Shown: one piece after another, positions 37,302 to 50,550 of the stretch
Layout: the number at the start of each line of letters is the position of its first letter
Position numbering within the stretch: the first letter of the stretch is position 1
DNA from: Camelus ferus
Taxonomy: Eukaryota
Length of the DNA stretch: 64,000 nt
Assembly: GCF_009834535.1 (NCBI RefSeq)
Contig: NC_045697.1
Span: 52,020,001-52,084,000, forward strand
Reading direction: 5' to 3'
Position numbers and translations under genes: made by a program
Notes under the pieces: model-generated
Databases searched by the model: none
Told to the model about the DNA's origin: nothing
What the model saw: only the letters and a program-made list of their open reading frames with translations

Positions 37302-38499
37302 TTGGCTGCCTTGACCAGTAAAATTAAGAGATAAGCAAGGAATGGCATTGGAGAAAAATAACAGACTGGGACTCCTGGTGGGGCCCTGGTAGTTCTGCAG
37401 TGGTTTAACAAGCTGAACATTTATACTCTAGCTGTTTGCAGAAGCTTATGTTGTTTCCTGTGCCTGTTTTTCACAGGTGTGGGCCTGGCTTTCTTCTGTT
37501 GTGTCCTGATCACGAAGCTTTAAACAGCCCACCAATAACTCTTCCTAGAGTCAGAACTGAACATGCTAGTCTTTGGAAAACAGCAGGCCCACTGAAACTT
37601 TAGCAAATATTAGTCTTAGTATATGGACTATGACAGCCACAGGAGGGGCAGAGAGCCGGCTCAAATTCTCTCTCTTCGTAAATATTTCAATAGTATATTC
37701 TGGCCTGAAGGAGGGGACAGTAGAACATCTAATCATATAGATTCAGTGATTTAAGGGGCACTGCCTATCATGGACTTCAGATTGGCTCTTGATTTATTAA
37801 ACTCTCGGAACATGGCTCTAGGATTCTGAGAACAAAGTCCCCTGAAAATAGTCTGCCATTCCTATGTTGTTAATACAAAGGCTCAGAAGGCGGTTTACAC
37901 ATCCTTTGCTTAAAATGCCTTCTCTTAGATGGTTTTGAAAAACACACTTCTGTTTTTACTACAGAACAAGAGCATAAGAAAACTGAAATAAAAATAAAGG
38001 AGGAAGAAAAATCTTTCTTTAGGAGAAAGATTAAAATCATAGGGAACCAATTAGACTGATGGCAATGAGGTTGGGGAATAATACCAGCATAGACCCAACT
38101 GGCAAATATAACAGAGAAGAAATGCACTAGAAAAAACTGGTCTTAAAGACACTTTTAGAAAAGGGGAGTATTTCTTCCTAGTTCTAGATCAGTAATGAAT
38201 TTCAGGATTAATTAAATCTAACAGAAGAAAAGAAGCAAAATCTCTAAGCAGCACGCTGGAACAGCTTTCTCAGCCGCAGTTAGAATCAAGAACACAATGG
38301 AAAATGCCCTCTTACAGTTATGAGTAGAGCTTATGGTAACAGTTCTTGAGGAAACCATCCTGCCAAGACTGAGGCATTTATAACAAGTGGCTACAAAACA
38401 TCAGGCAGATATGTGAGGGGAAGACACAGAATATAGCACAACATTCTCAAAGTAGCATTAGATAAGTTTTCAAAGCAATAAATCATTGTAAGTAGAATT

Positions 38500-38955
38500 T
38501 ACATTTCTAGCCTGGATCTCTTCCTTGAAATTTAGACTCATATCAAGTGAAAAGCTTATGTTTCCCCTCGATATCAAATAGGCACCCCAAATTTAACATG
38601 TCCGAAACAGAACGTCTGATCACACCCAGGCCTATGATCTTATCCTTAGCCTTCCTTGCTGTTAGCTGATCAGGCAAACTTGTCCAGTTCAGCTTTAGTT
38701 CTCTCTTTCATATCCCACAGCCAATCTGTCAGCAAAGTTTATTGGCTGTGCCTTTAAAATGTGTCCAGAGCCCAACCACTTCTCCTCACCCCCACGGCTG
38801 CCATTCTGTTGAAGCCTAGATGGTGGCAGTCATTCCCTAGCTGCTGTCCCTGTTTCTACCTTTCCACCCATGTAATTCTTCCTCTGGAGAGTAGCTAGAG
38901 TGAAACTGTCAAAGCAGAACATGACCATCCTCTGGCTCAAGACCCTCCAGTTACT
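38500..38955 (+). mobile_element. LINE-2 fragment
   Basis: tctagcctggatctcttccttgaa..agactcatat, aaatttaacatgtccgaaacagaac, ccaatctgtcagcaaa, ccaaccacttctcctcacc. Confidence 0.8.
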
Positions 38956-38959
38956 ACTG

Positions 38960-39345
38960 GAGCCCTCACACATATGTAGGAGGGAGTGTACATTTGTGAA
39001 ACAAATTTGTTCAACGTTTTAGCAATGTCAACAGATACAACATCCACACACCCTTCAACCCAGCAGTTCCACTCCTACGTGTATAAGCAACAAAAAATGT
39101 GTATCAAAAATGTGTAAGAACTGTCATAGCATCAATAGCCCTAAACTGGAAAAAGACAAATATCCATCTACAAGAGTGTTAGGGAAAAAAAAGAAAGAAA
39201 AAAAGAAACCAACCTAAAAGCACGCCAAAGTATTAAGAACTCAACTGGGCCTTCTCGCAAGTAATGGGGAAAGAGCAGAAGGAAACAAACAAAAAAAACA
39301 CTTGAGTAAATCAGTGTGGACACTGTGTACCATAAAGAAATGCAG
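38960..39345 (+). mobile_element. Old L1ME fragment
   Basis: cccttcaacccagcagttccactccta, aatagccctaaactggaaaaagacaaatatccatc. Confidence 0.55.
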
Positions 39346-40092
39346 CTCAAGACCTGGAATGTAAAAACATCCAGGAACAGTGTTGTGAGAAAAACATGGT
39401 ACAGTTACTGGTCCTCAGCAGGCACCTACGGCTTCAGACCCCTCAATTTAGCTGTAGTTCAGGATTCTGATGAGGTTCCTAAAGATCTCCAGTTGGGAGA
39501 AATAGGGGGTTGGGGAGGAAATCTTATTAAGGGAAAGGTTTCACTGGTAAGCTCTTGTGCAGTAAGAGGGTTCCACTGAGCCACTGTGTCGGAGGACACG
39601 AAGTGCTCACAGGTGACAGTGCAGACCTTGGGATCAGTGGAGCCCACTCTCAGCATCACAGCAGGCTGCCGGAAGCCTAGAACCCAATGGGGAAGTGGAA
39701 AAGAAATGGGGAAAAAGGCATTTCAAAACAGATCTGGTAACTGGGCCGGCCACCACTGAGTGTCTAAACATCAGTAAGGCAGATGCTGTTCTTCGACAGA
39801 AGAGAGTATGCAGGTGGCGTTTTCCTCTCTGTTAAAATTGTAATACAAACTTAGCCTCTTGATGAGATATGTCCTTTTTTTTTTTTTTTAAATTTATTCA
39901 AATTAAATATTTACAGGAATTTTTCACAAGCAGTTATTAATAAGGCAACCTTTCCAGGACCCGAGAATATAGACTGCTGCTTGTTGTAGTAGAGTCATTA
40001 TTCCAGAAAAAAGATTTATAAGTTTATCCCTGTGTTACATTAAAAATATTGATTTAATGGTCATAAAATCTAATTTTTCTAAATAAGATACA

Positions 40093-40439
40093 CTGTCATC
40101 CCTAGGTATCTGAGAGGGATTGGTTCCTAGATCCCTCACAGACACCAAATCTGAGGATGTTCAAGTCCCTTGTGTCAAATGGCTTAGTATTTGCATATAA
40201 CCTACATACGTCCTACCCTACATTTTAAATCATCTCTAGATTATCCTAAATACCTAACACAATGTAAATGCTATGTAAACAATTATAAATACAATGTAAA
40301 CACTATGTAGATGCCAGAGCACAGCAAATTCAAATTTTCCTTTGGGGAACTTTCCGGAATTAATTTTTTTCTAAATATTTTCAATCCACGGTTGGTTGAA
40401 TCCAAGGATGCAGAACCCTCAGACACAGAGGGCTGACTA
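40093..40439. mobile_element. MER2/MER2B-like Tigger (TcMar) MITE
   Basis: Terminal inverted repeats ctgtcatccctaggtatctg / cagacacagagggctgacta; internal ggatgttcaagtcccttg..agtatttgcatataaccta..tttaaatcatctctagatta. Confidence 0.85.
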
Positions 40440-41201
40440 CATAAACAAAAATACACAACACAGTAAAATTTCATATACCTAGATTGAGTATAAGTTCACT
40501 GGGCGTGGAGTTCAGACATCTGCCAAGGTTGAACAGAGGTTTTCTCATTTATTCCCATGTTCTCCTCATTAGCACATACTTAAAATCACCAAGTATAAAT
40601 ACAACATAGGTGTCATGATGCCAAGAAACAGAGGATGCAGTTAGGGGAAGAGTCAACACTCTGCAGGCGCAATCATTAAGCCTTAACTTATGTTACTTTA
40701 ACCATTGTACTGCCTCAGGATTTCATTATACATCATTACTCATCTGCCGTACAGAAGTGAACATCTGTCTGCATTCTGCAAGCTAAATAACTCCAAATTG
40801 TGACTGTGATAAACCCTTGGTCTGTTGTCATAGTGATATCACACAGCAATTGCCACATGAGTTGTTTCCCTTTGTCTTTTACTTTTAAACGTGTGGTTTT
40901 GCCATTTCCAGAACAGATTACTACCCAAATATGTAAATTTTAGTTGATAATTTGAAAGCCTTTAGAAAATTTATGTAACAGTAAAATAAATCAAATCTGA
41001 TTTTTTCCAACCAATCTGAAAATAAATAAACTTAACATTATATAGGCTTTGGTTATTGAGATTAGAAAGCTTAATTTTCTTACTTAAGCCCTAAGAAATT
41101 AAATATTCTATTTCATGTGTACATATAAATTTGTATTCATATTCATTTCAGGATGAACCCTTTAGAGAATTACTTTGACATCCAAAATAAACATGAATTT
41201 A

Positions 41202-41335
41202 TCTAAGAATATGAAAATGAGTATGTGTATATTTATATATAACTGAATCACTATGCTGTACACCAACAACTAATACAACATTGTCAACTATACTGCAATA
41301 TTAAAAAATAAGAATAAAAAAGGAAAAGAATAAAC
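41202..41335 (+). mobile_element. Young L1 3' tail
   Basis: ataactgaatcactatgctgtacacc..aactatact plus an A-rich tail; perfect 15-bp TSD ataaacatgaattta at 41187-41201 and 41336-41350. Confidence 0.9.
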
Positions 41336-41599
41336 ATAAACATGAATTTAATATATGCTAAAAAATATTTAAGTTTCAATGATACATTTATACCTATTAT
41401 TGATGAATTATTAATAAAACATTTTTCAGTTGCTTGATGATACCCTAACACTATGCGATTCTATGACCTCTGTTTGAAAGCTTATAGGGATGAGACATTT
41501 GCTAGTTTTTTCACTCAGATCATTGCATTTTTGACAATTCTTACAATGAAAAGATTTCTTCAGTAGAAATTGCTTCTGGCAAACATCCACTTAGTGGTC

Positions 41600-41812
41600 T
41601 GTCCCCCTGTCGTCCATAGTAACAGATACTAAATCTGTTTTGTCTATCACAAACAGCCCTTTTTAAAAAGTGAATAATCAAATCCTAGCATTCCAGGACA
41701 TTTAGTTTCCCATAGTCCCTCTTAAATTGCAGACGTAACCAGATGTAATTCTTCATATGTATTCTGACCAGTGCAGAGTTCAGTAGGCCTATTCTCATCA
41801 GACCCTGAGCCA
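41600..41812 (-). mobile_element. L3/CR1 fragment
   Basis: tccctcttaaattg...tctgaccagtgcagagttcagtagg matches the antisense L3 motif. Confidence 0.5.
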
Positions 41813-43529
41813 AAATACTAACTTTTAAAAACCCCATTACACTAATAAATGAATTTAACAAAGTTAAAGAATAAAAAAACCAACACACACAAATTAGTTG
41901 AGTTTCTATACATTAGGAATGAACAATCCAAAAAAGAAATTAAAATACAGCTAGAAATAATCCCAGCCCCTATTTTGACTATAGGATTTTTGTATCAGTC
42001 ATATGTGATTTAAATCCCTAGTTTTGATCTTATTAATGAAATATCTCTCATCTCTTATAAATTGTAAGCTACCAGAAAGCAAGGTCCATGTATGTAATTT
42101 CACCATCAAACAGTGGTAAAACTCTCTCTATATATGTAAGTGTGTGTGCACAGATGTGTGCATGTGCTGACTGGGCAAACAATCATTTTGAATCTCCTTA
42201 TCTAGTAATATCCCCATATGATAGATTGTATAACACTAGCCACTTAAATGCTGTTGGCCCTGAGGAGAAAACAGAGGTTCATGAAACTTCACAAATAAAA
42301 TGTCTCCCTAGGGAATTGAACATTTTTTGTTTACAGATTAGAAATCTAAATGTTTTAAAATGTTCAACACGTACTCAGCCCTAGGGAACAACAAGAGTGC
42401 AACCAAATACATCAACACTGTCATCTTAAAATAAAGTGGGTATTTTTCAAGCTTAGGATAATGATTATCTCAAGTGTGATTCTGAGAAGACCAGATAATT
42501 TTTACATTAACTAAACTCAATAATACTGTACTAAAATTGTTGTTTTGAAAGAATGTTACCACTGTAACACCCACCATTATATCTATACAAAACAAAAAAA
42601 TTTTTACCTTCCACAGTAATAAGTGAGCTTACATTACAGCTGGAAAAATAGCTTTTCTAATTTCCCAAATATTCCAGTGGGAGAAAAATTACTCCTAAAA
42701 AAAGAGATATGTGGAGGATGGCTTACAGACTTCTGAATGCAGTTTTAAGAAACAGTCAGCTATTTGACAAGTGTTTATTGAGCACTTGCTCTGCTGAACA
42801 TTTGGAAGGTATTAACAAAGAGTATTAACACACAGCATCATTAATCTTTACTTGGACAAAACTAAAGAGAGAATTCAAGGAAAAACTATAGAGTAAACCA
42901 AAGTATAAACTTACACTTGAGCAGAGCAACACTGATGGGAAACAAGTAAATTTGGGAATTCAAGTACAACTTGGGCTAATTCAGGTACTAGGCTACAACA
43001 ATAGAAATGAGCTGGTAGATACTTAGAATTTCTAGATTATATATAATTTTCTTCATTTAAAAATATTATAGAAAAATATAATAATATTCAGAAAATATTT
43101 AATCTGTATTCTCTAAAAATTTAATTCATGAAAAATGATGTATTTGTTGAGAATTAACTCAAAAATAATTAAAATTCTTTAGTCTCATGGGTAAAATCAC
43201 TTATATATTAATTATTTCGTTCAAGAAATATTTTAAAATGCTTGCTGTATTCCAAAGTGGGGCCCAGGTATGAATGAATTTAAAAGCTCCCAAGACATTT
43301 TGAAGTATAGTACTAATTCAGTTGGACTGTCTTAGGGAGATGCAGGTTTCCCAGCTTGAGTATGCAAGAATCAGCTGATAAACTTGTTAAAATTGCAACA
43401 TTATGTTTTATCCAGATGTTAGGTAAATCCTGGTAATCTATAATCTTAACAAACAATTCAATCTCTTCTATTTTTGGTAGTTGAACAAAATCCCACACTA
43501 AGAATACTTCTGCAGTAACTGAGTGAAAA

Positions 43530-45045
43530 ATAATTCCACTTCAGGCCATAATGGAATATCTGGGACCCAACTTACTCTCTAACCATATACAATTAGAAAA
43601 CGGAGAAAAATAAATACAACAATTTTTTTTTTGTTTTTTTAGCAATGGATAACAGGGGTTGTAAGATATACCTTAGAGAAAGCAAACAGAAAAGGTGAGT
43701 CCTTCATTTACCTGGGCTTTCTGCCTAAAGGCACTTTCTGAATCCTAGTGCAGAGAGGGGAATGCCATGAACAGTATGGATGTCTGACTTCAGAGACCGA
43801 GATTGGAGCTGTGGTTGGCAAGGCAACTGAAATTTGTGGACAAAGTACCAGAAAGGAGGGAACTTTAAAAGAAGTTCACCAAAAATCTGAATAGGGGTCC
43901 AAATAAGTCTTTAACTTAACACAAATCTGATTAGGGGTAAACTCCATGCCAAAGAAAAACCACAAGATAACTATAATCTGAAAAATTCTGACCTCGCACA
44001 TTGTTGGGAGACATTAAAATTCCGTATCAGGGAGACCTCATTGAACACACAGGAATTCAATACTGAAACCTAAAACGTCATGTCTCTATAATAAGGTTAA
44101 ACTAGTCCTAAAGTAAAGGCTATGTTAGAACCACCATAACAAGCCCTAAAAACAAGTTTTGAAAAGACAAAAAAGTGAATTAACTTCTTGTCAAAACAAA
44201 CTTCAAGACTTTTTTAAAAAAGAAAAAACCCCAACATTCACAAAGGTTACATTTATAATGTCTGATATATCTAATCAAAAGTTACAAGATAGGAGCAAAA
44301 TGTGATCCATAACCCAAAGCAACATTATTCAGTAGAAAGAGAGACAAGAGGCATAATGGAACCAACAGACAAGAACTTTAAAATCAGAATTACGCATATG
44401 CTTGAGAATTTAAAGAAAAATATGAACACAATGAGGTAAGAATAGAAGATAGAAAAAAGATTTTTTAAAAGACCCACATGGAACTTCTAGAAGTAAAAAA
44501 TACAATATTGGAAATGAGAAACTCACTTGGATGGAATTAACAATGGATGAGAAATACAGAAACAATGACAGTGAACTTGAGCAGATGATAATAAAAACTA
44601 TTGGAACTAAAGCATAGAGATGACCGAACAAAAAAAAATGAAACCTCACTGACCTGTGAGATAAAATCAAGTAAATCAAGTGGTCTAATACTTTTAATGA
44701 GAGTTTTAGATGAAAGTGAAAAAGAAGCATAAAAATACTTGAAAAAATAGTGGCCAAAATTTTCTAAATTTGATGAAAACTATAAACTCAGATTCAAAAT
44801 GTTTAATGAACCATAAGCACAGAGAAGATACAACAAAGTCATATCATAATCAACTTGACTAAAACCATGATTAGGTAAAAAGCAGGAAAAAAATCTGAGT
44901 AAAAGAATCACTACTTACAGAAAAACATAAGAGAATGTTTGCAGACTCCTCATCAGAAACAACATAAGCTAGAGGATTACAAAATGGCATTTTTTTAAGT
45001 ACTAAAAATAAACCCAAAAACTAAAATAGTTAACCTAGATTATAT
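43530..45045 (+). mobile_element. Old L1M 5' UTR plus decayed ORF1
   Basis: 5' motifs shared with 25420 onward (ggccataatggaa); ORF1 motifs aactcacttggatggaattaaca, cctcactgacctgtgaga, aaatagtggccaaaattttctaaatttgatgaaa, gcagactcctcatcagaaacaa. Confidence 0.75.
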
Positions 45046-45189
45046 TGATGAAGTCAGTCTGCTACCATTTTGTTAAGGATGTTTACATCATGTTCATGAG
45101 GGATACTGTAATTTTTAATTTTTTGTAATGTCTAAGATTTTTAGAACAATTATGCCATTTTTATAAAAAGTTAGAACAAGAGCCTATCT

Positions 45190-45990
45190 TGTCCTCTAGA
45201 GTCACACCAGGGCCCTGCACTTAGCTCCTATCCATAGTCATGTGGGTGGGAGTTTTCTATAGGTAAGTAGTCCCACTTATCATCATTCCCAATGACTCAC
45301 TGCAAGAATTTGTGCTTCTCATCCCTGAAACTCTATATTCTGTAGGATTAGAGGTCCTGATGCCCAAAGTAGGGTGCAGCCTTGCACCAAGACATAGTGA
45401 GGGTCTTTTTGCTCTGTAAGGTATGGCTGTCTAGAAACCAGAAAGTGAAAGAGGGTTCAGTATCTTGGCAGGGATAATTTATCCTGATCACACAGAGGAG
45501 ATGCGGCTGCTTCTATCAAAATGGAAGAATGTAAAATTCAGGTGATCCACTTGGGATTCTCTTGGGACTCCCTGTTTCAATTATAACTGCAAATGAATAC
45601 ATGCCTAAACAATATATGGTTTCCAAGGGCTCAGACTCTTCAGGAATGACAGTTTGGATCATCCTACTGGGTAAGTCAGCAAGACCTGCACAGAGAGAAG
45701 CTGAGGATGACGAGGATGAGGATCAGACAAAAGTGAAAGGAGTACTGGCATCAGGTCCCAAGCTGACTTCAATGACAGAGCCTGCAGTTAGCTCACCTGC
45801 ACCTCTCTTCTGAGTTTCCCTCAAGAAGAAAGACCTGTGAGGAACTGCTCCATGTGGGAAAGTGGAGTATGCCATACAAGGTATGGACTGTGGTAGCCAC
45901 TGGAGACACACCTCTCAGATCTCTTTTCAAGACAGTACTTTCTGTGATGAATGTAGTTATTCTCCAGCTGTGGCACATTCCCTATCCCCT
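45190..45990 (+). mobile_element. ERVL (HERV16-like) 3' internal region with dUTPase remnant, plus start of an LTR16-like LTR (45889 onward)
   Basis: About 45459-45520 reads SILAGIIYPDHTEEMRLLL (ERVL dUTPase motif GVIDPDYxxEIxLLL); PPT-like aaggtatggac precedes tgtggtagccactggagacacacctctcagatc. Confidence 0.7.
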
Positions 45991-48204
45991 CTGCTGCAGT
46001 CCAGAAATTGCCTTTAGCCAGTAAACACAGAACTCACTTCATTCTTTCCCCTTTTCTCAGTGACTACAGTCTCGTACTACCTGATGGCCAATGTCTGGAA
46101 ATAGCTGTTTCATGTATTTTGTCCAGTTTTTTTGTTATTTTACATAGGAAGATAATTTCCATTCTAGTTATCCCTACTTGGCTGGAAACAGAAATCCAGT
46201 GAGCTTTTTATCATGTATTTACTAATTGTTTCCTTAGAAATCACATTATGTCTAAATGCATTCAAATTATACCACATAGTGAAATTCCCAAATATTAAGT
46301 CTAACTTTGGTTGCTTTGACTCAGGATAATGCAAAGAAACTCAAACATTTCTTATCCATAAGCCTCTAATTAAATAAAAATTAGGATAAATTGGAACACT
46401 AGATAACTTTTTCTTACTGAAAGTTGTTTGAATACATCCTATTAGTTTAATATACCTGATAATATCTACAGGCTTAAAAATTCATGGAAATGCCTAAAAT
46501 AATAATATACTCCTTTTAAAGATATATTTTAGACTTCTGAAGAAAACAACCTAATTCAAATGAGTATATAAGTCAACAAAATATCAGCTCCTGACATTTT
46601 TTAAATGGATCATAATGAATCACAGTGGAGCGAAGATTAAATGCAGCCCGAAGAGACTGCAATGTTATTGAATCATTAAACGTTTATATAATAGAATAAT
46701 TACTTTGGAAGGAAGCCTAAAGATCCTAACCACTCATTTTTATTTTTCAATGTTATGAGGATTTCTGGTTTTGACTTTGTAAGTATTTAACTAGGAAGAT
46801 GTGAAACATTTTATCGGGGGCTGATGATTAAGTAATATTTTATATGAAAACTCTAATAATGTAAAGTATAAATGAATAAACAAAATCCCAAATTTAGTTA
46901 CAGAGATTTTTTTAATTTGGCAAATCTAGTTAGTAACTCAACTAAAAGCTTTGATCCCTTGTCTAGTGCCCTTTCCACAATTATTATATTACCAAAACCA
47001 AAAAGCCAGTATCGTATATACCAAATGGTTCCCTTCTTTCCACAACAGATTCCTGGGATCAGTATTATAACCGAAGACATCTGTTTCTCGTGCTTTATTT
47101 CAAAGCAGTATTATCTCAGCTGAGTGGTCAAACATTAAACTTCCCATTTTTCCTTTCACCTATGTGTTATTTCCAGGGAATGAAATTTGCAAAGTAACAG
47201 GATTGTAATAAGCAAGGGGAATGTACTTCAATTCTGGGGGAAAGGTCACAAAAGGTGAGATTAAAGATGAACCTGTATCTTTACAGGTTCTTATAGTGTT
47301 ACTAAGGGATAATCTTACTGTTAGAAAATATGGATAGAAGGAATCCAAATAAAAAGCATGCAACCAAGGGGCATATTTACACAAATACGGATAACTGTGT
47401 TATTTTTTAACTGGCATTAGAAACTTCTCCCATTACAATACTAAACTAAATTTCATTCTAAATTTCATATTTAACATTCTTATATTTGACCAAGATCAGA
47501 TCTGTCAATATAGATGAAAACAGAAAGCTCAGTTCACTTTGACTTATTCAGCCTATTTCCTTATAGTGAAGTTGAACTTGCTTTTGAGCCATTCTAGATT
47601 AAAATTTAGCTAAGTTGATCAAATGATCTAGGATGTGATATGTTTGTACAACAAACATCTATTAGTTTTATTTCTGTTTCTTCTATTCTGTGACCCCTGT
47701 GCATTGAAATATCTGTAAAAGTATCAGCTTACTCAAAAGTTGTTTATTTTAGGCTTTAGAGTTTTGCTAATTCTAACTGTCAGTATAAATTTATTTCTTT
47801 ACTTTCAAATTAAGCAAATGGACAACCCATTTAGTGAGAAGAAGTCAAATTTATGAAGCAGGAGTATTTGTTGTAGTGATTCTTTGTTTTGTATTAATTA
47901 GTGTAATTATCTTTTTTTCTCCCTACCTATCTTTCTTTGTGACTAATATCTGGCTTCATGAGCATAAGACTGCCCACTTGACAGACTCTTCATGTGTAAA
48001 ATGGAGATAATAAAAGAATATGCATTGTTATGTTTCTGTGTGCTTTGTGTGCTTCTTGTTTTGAATAATTTCCGTTTCTAAATACGCATGCACATTTTGG
48101 GAGGAAAAAAGGAAAATAAAGGGGAAAAAGCATACCCATATTTGATTCACCTGTACTTCTTTTATCTGCTTCATGTATTATATTTGTTGTTTCTTGAAAA
48201 ATAA

Positions 48205-48618
48205 CTTCAAGTGCCTAGACATTAGGTGTACAATTCAATGAAACTTGACACATGTATTTATCTGTATAACCAACACCCCTATCCAATTATATAATAATCT
48301 CATCATCCTAGAAAATTCCTTTATTTCAGTCAACTCATTTTCCCACAGCAACCACCATTCTAATTTTTATCACCATTAATTAGTTGTGTCATTTTTGATA
48401 TACACAGAATTATATAGTATGCTTTCCATTGTATCTAGCTTCTTTCATTCTAATATCTATGTGATTCTTTCATACTGTGTCTGGTATAGAGGTGAAGCAG
48501 AGGTCATAGTAGAATTAAAATTTATTTTCCTTTCATAGAGTTATCCTGCTGTTTTAGCACTATTTGTTGAAATACTTTCTTTTTCCATTAAATTGCTTTG
48601 TCAAAGATCAAATGATTG
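48205..48618 (-). mobile_element. Old L1ME fragments
   Basis: ggtgtacaattcaatgaaacttgacacatg..tgtataaccaacacc, agcactatttgttgaaa, tttgtcaaagatcaaatga. Confidence 0.65.
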
Positions 48619-48621
48619 AGG

Positions 48622-50550
48622 GCCTTTGCTTTCCATTTCCACATGTAAGCATCTTGGAAGTTGCCACTCTGCCCTAACAACAAGTAAAAAACTGAAGCTA
48701 CTGAAAAATCAACAACTCTTCCTGGATCCATAAGAGAGGAGAGGACACAGGGCAAACTACTGCACCCAAGATTGGAGAATCAGACAGGACAATAAAGGGA
48801 GTAGCAGCTTGTCAAATTATAGACTCCCAAGTAGAAACTACCACATGAACCAGTGCTGGAGTAAGAAAATCTGAACTGTTAATTAATGAATTCCTGGAGG
48901 CTCAGTGGAGACAACTCCATGAGTTAAAAACTCCAGGGGACCCAGTTATAGAGGATCCCTCAGAATACTGTGAGATTTAACTCCAGGAGCTCAAACAGAA
49001 TCCCACAGTGACATCAGAGAAAAATTTCCTCCTGCTTCCAGCAAGGAGAGGGGGAAGGAACCATCTTGAAATATCCCCAAAAACTCTTAATTGTTAATAA
49101 GATACAAGACAAGGATATCCCCTCACCACTCCTTTTCAACATCATACTGGAAGTCTTTGTTTATGCAATAAGGCAAGAGAAGGAAATAAAAGATTGAGAA
49201 TGAAGACATAAAATTGTCTTTGTTCACAAATACATGATCATTCATGTAGAAAATCTGAAAACAAAACTGACAAAAATACTTGTGGAATTAATAAGCAGTT
49301 ATAGCAAAATTGTAAGATACAAGGTTAATATACAAAAGTCAACTGTTTTCCTATATACCAACAATGGAAAAGTAGAACATGAAATTATAAACACAATACC
49401 ATTTATATTAGCACACCAAAAAAGTGAAATACTTAGGTATATGTCTAACAAAATATGTGTAATATCTATACGAGGAAAACTATAAAACCCTAATAAATGA
49501 AATCAAAGAACTAAATAAATGGTCAGATGTCTCACGTTCATGAACAGGAAGATTCAACACTGTCAAAGTGTCAGTTCTCCCCCAAATTTATCTAGTTCCA
49601 ATGCAATCCCAATGAAAATCCCTGGAAGTTATTTTATGAATATCTACAAACTGATTCTAAAGTTGATATGGAAAGGCAAAAGACAAGAATAGTCAAGATA
49701 ATTTTGAAAGAAAAGAACAAAATTGGAGGACTGACACTACTTGTCTCCAAGACTTACTGTGAAGCTATCATGATCAAGACAGACTGGAAATAGTGAAGAA
49801 ATAGACAAATAGAACAATGGAACAGAATAGAGATCCCAAGATATAGACCCCATAAATATAATCAACTGATCTCTGATAAAGGAGCAATGGCAATGCAATG
49901 GATCAAAGATAGTATTTTCAATAAACGGGGCAAGAACAACTGGGCATCTACATGCAAAAAAAAAAAAAAAAAAAAAAAAGAATCTACACATACACATCTT
50001 TCACAAAAATTAACACAAAGTTAATCACCGACCTAAATGTAAAACACAAAACTATAAAACTTCAGAGACAATATAGGAAAAAACCTAGATAACTCTGGGT
50101 ATGGTGATGCTTTTTAGATACAACGCCAAAAACACAACTCATGAAAGAAATAATTAGTAAGTTAGACTTCATTAAAATGTAAAACTTATACTCTGTGAAA
50201 GGCAATGCCAAGACAATGAGAAGACAGGCTACAGACTGGGAGACAAAATTTGCAAAAGACATATCTGATAAAGAACTATTACTGAAAATTTACAAAGAAC
50301 TCTTAAAACTGAACAATAAGAAAAAAACAACCCAATTTTTCTTAAAAAGGGTCAAAAACGTAAAGGGTAATTCTCCAAAGAAGATACATAGGTGACAAAA
50401 CAGCAATATGAGATGTTCCACATAATATGTCACCAGGGAAATGTGAATTAGTACAACAGTGAGATACCGCTACACACCTATTAGAATGGCTGAAATTCAA
50501 CACACTCACAATACCGAATGCTGGCAAGAAGGTGCAGCATCAGGAACTCG
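48622..50550 (+). mobile_element. L1MC/L1MB-like element: 5' UTR piece joined (about 49090) to decayed ORF2
   Basis: ORF2 peptides RQGYP..PLLFNIILEV, YKVNIQKSTVFLYTNN, RRQATDWETKFAKDISDKELLLKIYKELLKLNNKK; 3'-truncated. Confidence 0.85.

Noticed and set aside
44410..44757. Hydrophobic 115-aa ORF (and similar F/L/I-rich minus ORFs at 26.3-26.8, 34.1-34.6 and 49.7-50.3 kb) as membrane proteins
   Set aside because: These are antisense translations of A-rich L1 sequence, which gives T-rich hydrophobic codons.
33905..50550. Segmental duplication between 33.9-34.7 kb and 49.7-50.5 kb
   Set aside because: Similarity is confined to L1 ORF2 sequence and the flanks differ, so these are independent L1M insertions.
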